Positions 62,544-64,000 of a stretch of 64,000 bases of DNA are shown here, one piece after another. Source of the DNA: Candidatus Kerfeldbacteria bacterium (GTDB lineage Bacteria; Patescibacteriota; Patescibacteriia; SBBC01); assembly GCA_043799405.1 (NCBI GenBank), contig JAZDNT010000002.1, positions 171,320 to 235,319 on the forward strand, given 5' to 3'. Made by a program: the position numbers and the translations under genes. The notes under the pieces were generated by a model. That model was not told the origin of the DNA and made no database searches. It was given only the letters and a program-made list of their open reading frames with translations. How positions within the stretch are numbered: the first letter of the stretch is position 1; each line of letters starts with the position of its first letter.

Positions 62544-64000
62544 ATGGCACGCCTCACGTTCCCCCAAAGAATAGTCATCGTCTGCATTGCTGTCGCTGCG
62601 TGCGTCGTGCTCCTTCCGAAGCACGCATCCGCGGTACAAGCCGCACCCGGTGTAATGACGTTTACTGCCCAGCAGGGAGGACCTAACCCAGCCCCTCAGA
62701 ACGTAGTTGTATCGATTGCCGGAGGAGCAACCTGGCATGCGACCGTTTCGTCGCCGTGGGTCACGTTGTCGAAGATGACGGGAGGACCTGTTGCGATGAC
62801 GATCGCTAGCGTTACGGTAAGCAACACGTTAGCCCCGAACGCGCTACCGTACAGCGCGACCGTGGACTTTATCGACGATACGGGGGCTTCCCCGACCGCA
62901 ACCGTTATCGTAAGATTCACCGTCACCGCCTCTCCAGTGCTCTCTGTGAGCAAAACCAGCTTTACATTCACAACGACGCAGGGCAACAATCCGGCGGATC
63001 AGATGTTTTCCGTTCAGAGCGGCGGACCAGGCGGATGGACAGGCACGACGTCCGTCGCGCCGGGGCTTTCATGGCTCTCAATCGCTCCGGCGAGCGGAAC
63101 AGCAGCAGAATACAATGATCCGTCAAAACCCGTCCGCGTCAAGATCAACACGGCGGGGCTTCTGATCGGCCAGTATCAAGGCACGGTAACGGTAACGTCC
63201 GCCGGCGCAGTACCTGGTTCGATCGATATACCCGTTACGCTCAAGATCACGTCAGCCCCCATCCTCGATACGTCCCCGCGCTCGATTACGCTTAACGTCG
63301 AGCAGGGAAATTCTGCTTCGCCGACGCTCCAGATCGTGAATAACGGAGGCTCTGAAACCGAGCTCAGCTGGCAGATCGTCCAGCCGGCCGAGACGTGGCT
63401 GCGGCTCTCGCTCTCCGGATGCACAGGACCATACCCGGCATCTGTTGCAGGGAATACCGCGGGCGGAAGGAAGACTGCCGTGAGCGTATGCATCGACACT
63501 ATTGTTCCGGCGGTGCTCCCTCTCGGCAACCACACATCGACGCTCAAAGTAGTCGTTCCTGCCGGAACAATGATGATGGCGCCGGGAGTTGATTCTGTTC
63601 TTGTATCCATTACCGTCATCAATCACACATCAAAACCGACGGTTGTGCCCGGTACGCTCGTATACACGAGTGAGAAGACCTGTGGTCCTCCTAATACGTA
63701 TAAAATTACAATTACATGGGATTCGAGCGAGAACGGCGATACCCAGCTTAAGTGGGGAGAGACGCTCGATGCGAACGGCGTACCGCAGTACGAACGGGGT
63801 ATTATTCTGAAACCAGAAGGGCTCAATACGGTTACGCATACTGGCGGCGTCATATCGCATTCAGTCACCCTCGATAACCTGAACTTAGTCTACGGCGGGC
63901 ACAGGTACTACTTTGCGATCCGGTCGACCGACCGCTGGGGACTGACCGGCGACTGGACAGACCACGATCCGATGAACCCGGCGATGTTCTTAAGCATCAC
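62544..64000 (+). CDS. Secreted protein with three BACON/Ig-like repeats and an FN3-like domain (3' end beyond window)
   Basis: Not in the track because it is open at the window end. ATG 4 nt after the previous stop. Signal peptide IVIVCIAVAACVVLLPKHASA. Repeats: MTFTAQQGGPNPAPQNVVVS..W..WVTLS, FTFTTTQGNNPADQMFSVQS..W..WLSIAP, ITLNVEQGNSASPTLQIVN..W..WLRLS. Confidence 0.75.
   Translation, partial: MARLTFPQRIVIVCIAVAACVVLLPKHASAVQAAPGVMTFTAQQGGPNPAPQNVVVSIAGGATWHATVSSPWVTLSKMTGGPVAMTIASVTVSNTLAPNALPYSATVDFIDDTGASPTATVIVRFTVTASPVLSVSKTSFTFTTTQGNNPADQMFSVQSGGPGGWTGTTSVAPGLSWLSIAPASGTAAEYNDPSKPVRVKINTAGLLIGQYQGTVTVTSAGAVPGSIDIPVTLKITSAPILDTSPRSITLNVEQGNSASPTLQIVNNGGSETELSWQIVQPAETWLRLSLSGCTGPYPASVAGNTAGGRKTAVSVCIDTIVPAVLPLGNHTSTLKVVVPAGTMMMAPGVDSVLVSITVINHTSKPTVVPGTLVYTSEKTCGPPNTYKITITWDSSENGDTQLKWGETLDANGVPQYERGIILKPEGLNTVTHTGGVISHSVTLDNLNLVYGGHRYYFAIRSTDRWGLTGDWTDHDPMNPAMFLSI

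Noticed and set aside
1-64000. CRISPR arrays, rRNA genes, prophage structural modules and known defence operons (RM, CBASS, retron RT, Cas genes).
   Set aside because: No direct-repeat/spacer periodicity and no rRNA-like conserved stretches were seen. No reverse transcriptase, methyltransferase-endonuclease pair or cas gene motifs were seen either. The only Cas4-like protein (7668..8465) is solitary.

Overview
This is a 64-kb bacterial window with mid-50s % GC by eye and sharp compositional mosaicism. The gene content suggests an uncultivated Patescibacteria/CPR-like lineage, which is inference only: compact housekeeping genes, a DUF2079 membrane protein, a single Xer recombinase, giant Cys-rich and BACON-like surface proteins, and many hairpin mini-repeats. 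The core genes I recognise are typA, a cyclophilin, uppP, a pseudouridine synthase, a histidine kinase, rpsO and pnp. I also recognise cmk, lspA, comM, plsC, two phosphohexomutases, an ECF sigma factor, leuS, tsaC and rsmA. There are two tRNAs (His-GTG and Arg-TCT) and no rRNA or CRISPR array. The most unusual items are listed below.

1. leuS carries three extra domains (alpha/beta-hydrolase, Nudix, ASCH) inserted at separate surface loops.
2. Two paralogous elements of about 160-205 nt with covarying hairpins bracket arsM directly downstream of tRNA-His. One of them contains an interrupted copy of the tRNA-His 3' half that ends in CCA.
3. A tight four-gene operon next to typA looks like a candidate defence module. 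It encodes a degenerate receiver domain, two small hydrophobic proteins and a protein with a C-terminal RNxxAH (HEPN/Abi-like) motif. It is followed by repeat-bounded, compositionally foreign cassettes.
4. An IS200-like/RAYT gene is flanked by identical 26-nt palindromes. It sits beside an AT-rich orphan 501-aa gene and tRNA-Arg.
5. An ECF sigma gene overlaps by ATGA a 1739-aa membrane-anchored alpha-2-macroglobulin-like gene.
6. A consensus promoter drives about 410 nt of ORF-poor, structured sequence upstream of lspA.

Two apparent frameshifts (pepT-like and plsC) could be assembly errors. All functional calls rest on motifs read by eye, and no database search was possible.
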